Positions 62,401 through 64,000 of a stretch of DNA of 64,000 nt are shown here, piece by piece (position 1 is the first letter of the stretch; every line of letters starts with the position of its first letter). A program made the position numbers and the translations under genes. Below the pieces are notes generated by a model. The model was not told the origin of the DNA. It saw only the letters and a list, made by a program, of their open reading frames with translations, and did no database searches. The DNA is taken from contig NC_068987.1 in the NCBI RefSeq assembly GCF_001194135.2, positions 104,264,568 to 104,328,567 of the forward strand. The letters are read 5' to 3'. The DNA comes from Octopus bimaculoides. Its lineage: Eukaryota.

Positions 62401-62611
62401 CCAAACAAAAGATTACCGTATATATATCCAAGTAATATCCAATCTCACTTAAAAGTCAACACACTAATTTGTGGCCAGACAATCTGCAATTTATTGTACC
62501 TTCAATAAAACTCAATCCTGTCTTAGAATATATAGAACCAAGTATTGTATATCACTATATATACAACCTAACCTACACTTCCTGGCACATTAAGAGTAGA
62601 CACACATTTCT

Positions 62612-62844
62612 TATTTCTTTGCTGCCCACAAGGGGCTACACACAGAGGGGACAAACAAGGACAGACAAACGGATAAAGTCGATTATATCGACTCCAGTGT
62701 GTAACTGGTACTTATTTAATCGACCCCGAAAGGATGAAAGGCAAAGTCAACCTCGGCGTAATTTGAACTCAGAACGTACCGGCAGACGAAATACCGCTAA
62801 GCATTTCGCCCGGCGTGCTAACGTTTCTGCCAGCTCACCGCCTT
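62612..62844 (-). mobile_element. Family-A SINE monomer (tail b) with 16-bp TSD
   Basis: Flanked by GTAGACACACATTTCT (62596-62611) and GTAGGCACACATTTCT (62845-62860). Confidence 0.9.
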
Positions 62845-63748
62845 GTAGGCACACATTTCTATTAAATTGTAGATACACATTTCTGTTAACAAATTCAAAG
62901 ACAGAAGGAAGAACGAAAGAAAAGTTTTAGTTACACAGACCTGTATCGTATCATTATTTTGTTATTATCGGACATTCTGCTTTTTACTAATTAAAATTTT
63001 GACCCAAATTAAACATAAATTTCAGTTCCTGAAAAAGTAGTATACACATAAATTCAGTCTGAAAAATATGATCTGTAAAACTCGACTTTGATAATGTAAA
63101 CTGTGTTTCGTCTCGAAAGGGAAGTTTATGTCTTACACATCCATTACGTTGACATAACACTAACCGGAAAGGGGAAAAAAATATTTGAATTCAGAATGTA
63201 AAGATGGACGAAATGCCAGTAAGCATGTTGCCAGCATGCTAACGAAACTGCCAGCATAAAGAAATTTATGTCGTAATAAAAAAGAATTTTAGAATAAAGC
63301 GAAAAATTACTCAATATACTTTTCGTAGAATACAAATTTTTATTGTTTAGCAAGAATAGTATTTACAAAGAAACCGAAGTTTCGTCCCGCTAAGGTTGTT
63401 TAATAATCCTATGGTATTACGGGGCAAAATTCCCCTTTCCAAATAACACTGATTATTTTCTCTCTTCTATTTGAAAAGGGGAATTTCTCTCGAAGTATGT
63501 TAAAAGTATACCTTAGCATCAAGGGAAATTAATACAGTAGCTTTCAGAATTCACTTACTCCAGCCTGCAAACGGCGAACTAATGCGGATTAGCTCACAAG
63601 ATATTTTTGAAATTACATTCTGTTGTTTGTTAGCCTTAGGAAATACATTGTAACACATTTAAATATCAGTCTGCCCTTGAAAATGTGTCTATGTGAATAA
63701 TATCTCGTTTACTGTTGCCCAGCGACAATGAATATGCACATTACTTAC

Positions 63749-63810
63749 TTTATTACCCTACGCACGTAAGCGAAAGCACGGTATTGTAATCACTCGTCTT
63801 TTTCTCTCTC

Positions 63811-63845
<35 letters not shown>

Positions 63846-64000
63846 GTGTGTGTGTGTTTGCAAAATTACTGGAAAACGGCCGAACGGATTTTCACCAAAT
63901 TTTGCAGAAACACTCATTGGGTGAGTGGCTCGAAACGATGAAAATTTGGTTCGATTATCTTCAAACATACATAAAAAAACATACATAGATATGCGACTCT
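63749..64000 (+). mobile_element. Probable non-autonomous Helitron/Helentron (DINE-like) 5' part
   Basis: TTATTACCC...GCGAAAGCACGGTATTGTAATC, then a (TG)n tract, then AAAACGGCCGAACGGATTTTCACCAAATTTTGC. This layout is typical of DINE/HINE-like elements; the family call is from pattern memory. Confidence 0.5.

Noticed and set aside
3884-62844. tRNA-like sequences with A and B boxes; regularly repeated units that could suggest CRISPR
   Set aside because: They are SINE heads that run straight into SINE bodies, with no complete cloverleaf. There are no constant repeat/unique spacer arrays and the DNA is eukaryotic.

Overview
AT-rich, repeat-dense metazoan genomic DNA from a gapped scaffold. It is most likely an octopus or other coleoid cephalopod; this is inferred from the abundant tRNA-derived SINE families and was not checked by a search. 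No prokaryotic features, CRISPR arrays or true rRNA/tRNA genes were seen. Three spliced gene fragments were reconstructed by hand. (1) An unidentified minus-strand gene with exons at 12435-12463, 10376-10506 (ATG at 10490) and 1461-1592, probably continuing past the left edge. (2) Candidate exons of an unidentified plus-strand gene (13701-13804, about 25852-26002). (3) The first three visible coding exons of tryptophan 2,3-dioxygenase (TDO/vermilion) at 55416-55502, 58648-58738 and 61078-61145, running off the right edge. The most striking structure is a ~270-bp imperfect palindrome at 12727-12995 that carries a splice donor on each arm, apparently serving as mirror-image first exons for the two divergent genes. 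The rest of the window is SINE arrays, nested DNA transposons (mariner, maT-like, hAT-like and Merlin-like MITEs), a probable solo LTR, RTE, CR1-like and Penelope-like remnants, foldback elements, microsatellites and N gaps. Most entries in the supplied ORF track are gap or repeat artefacts.
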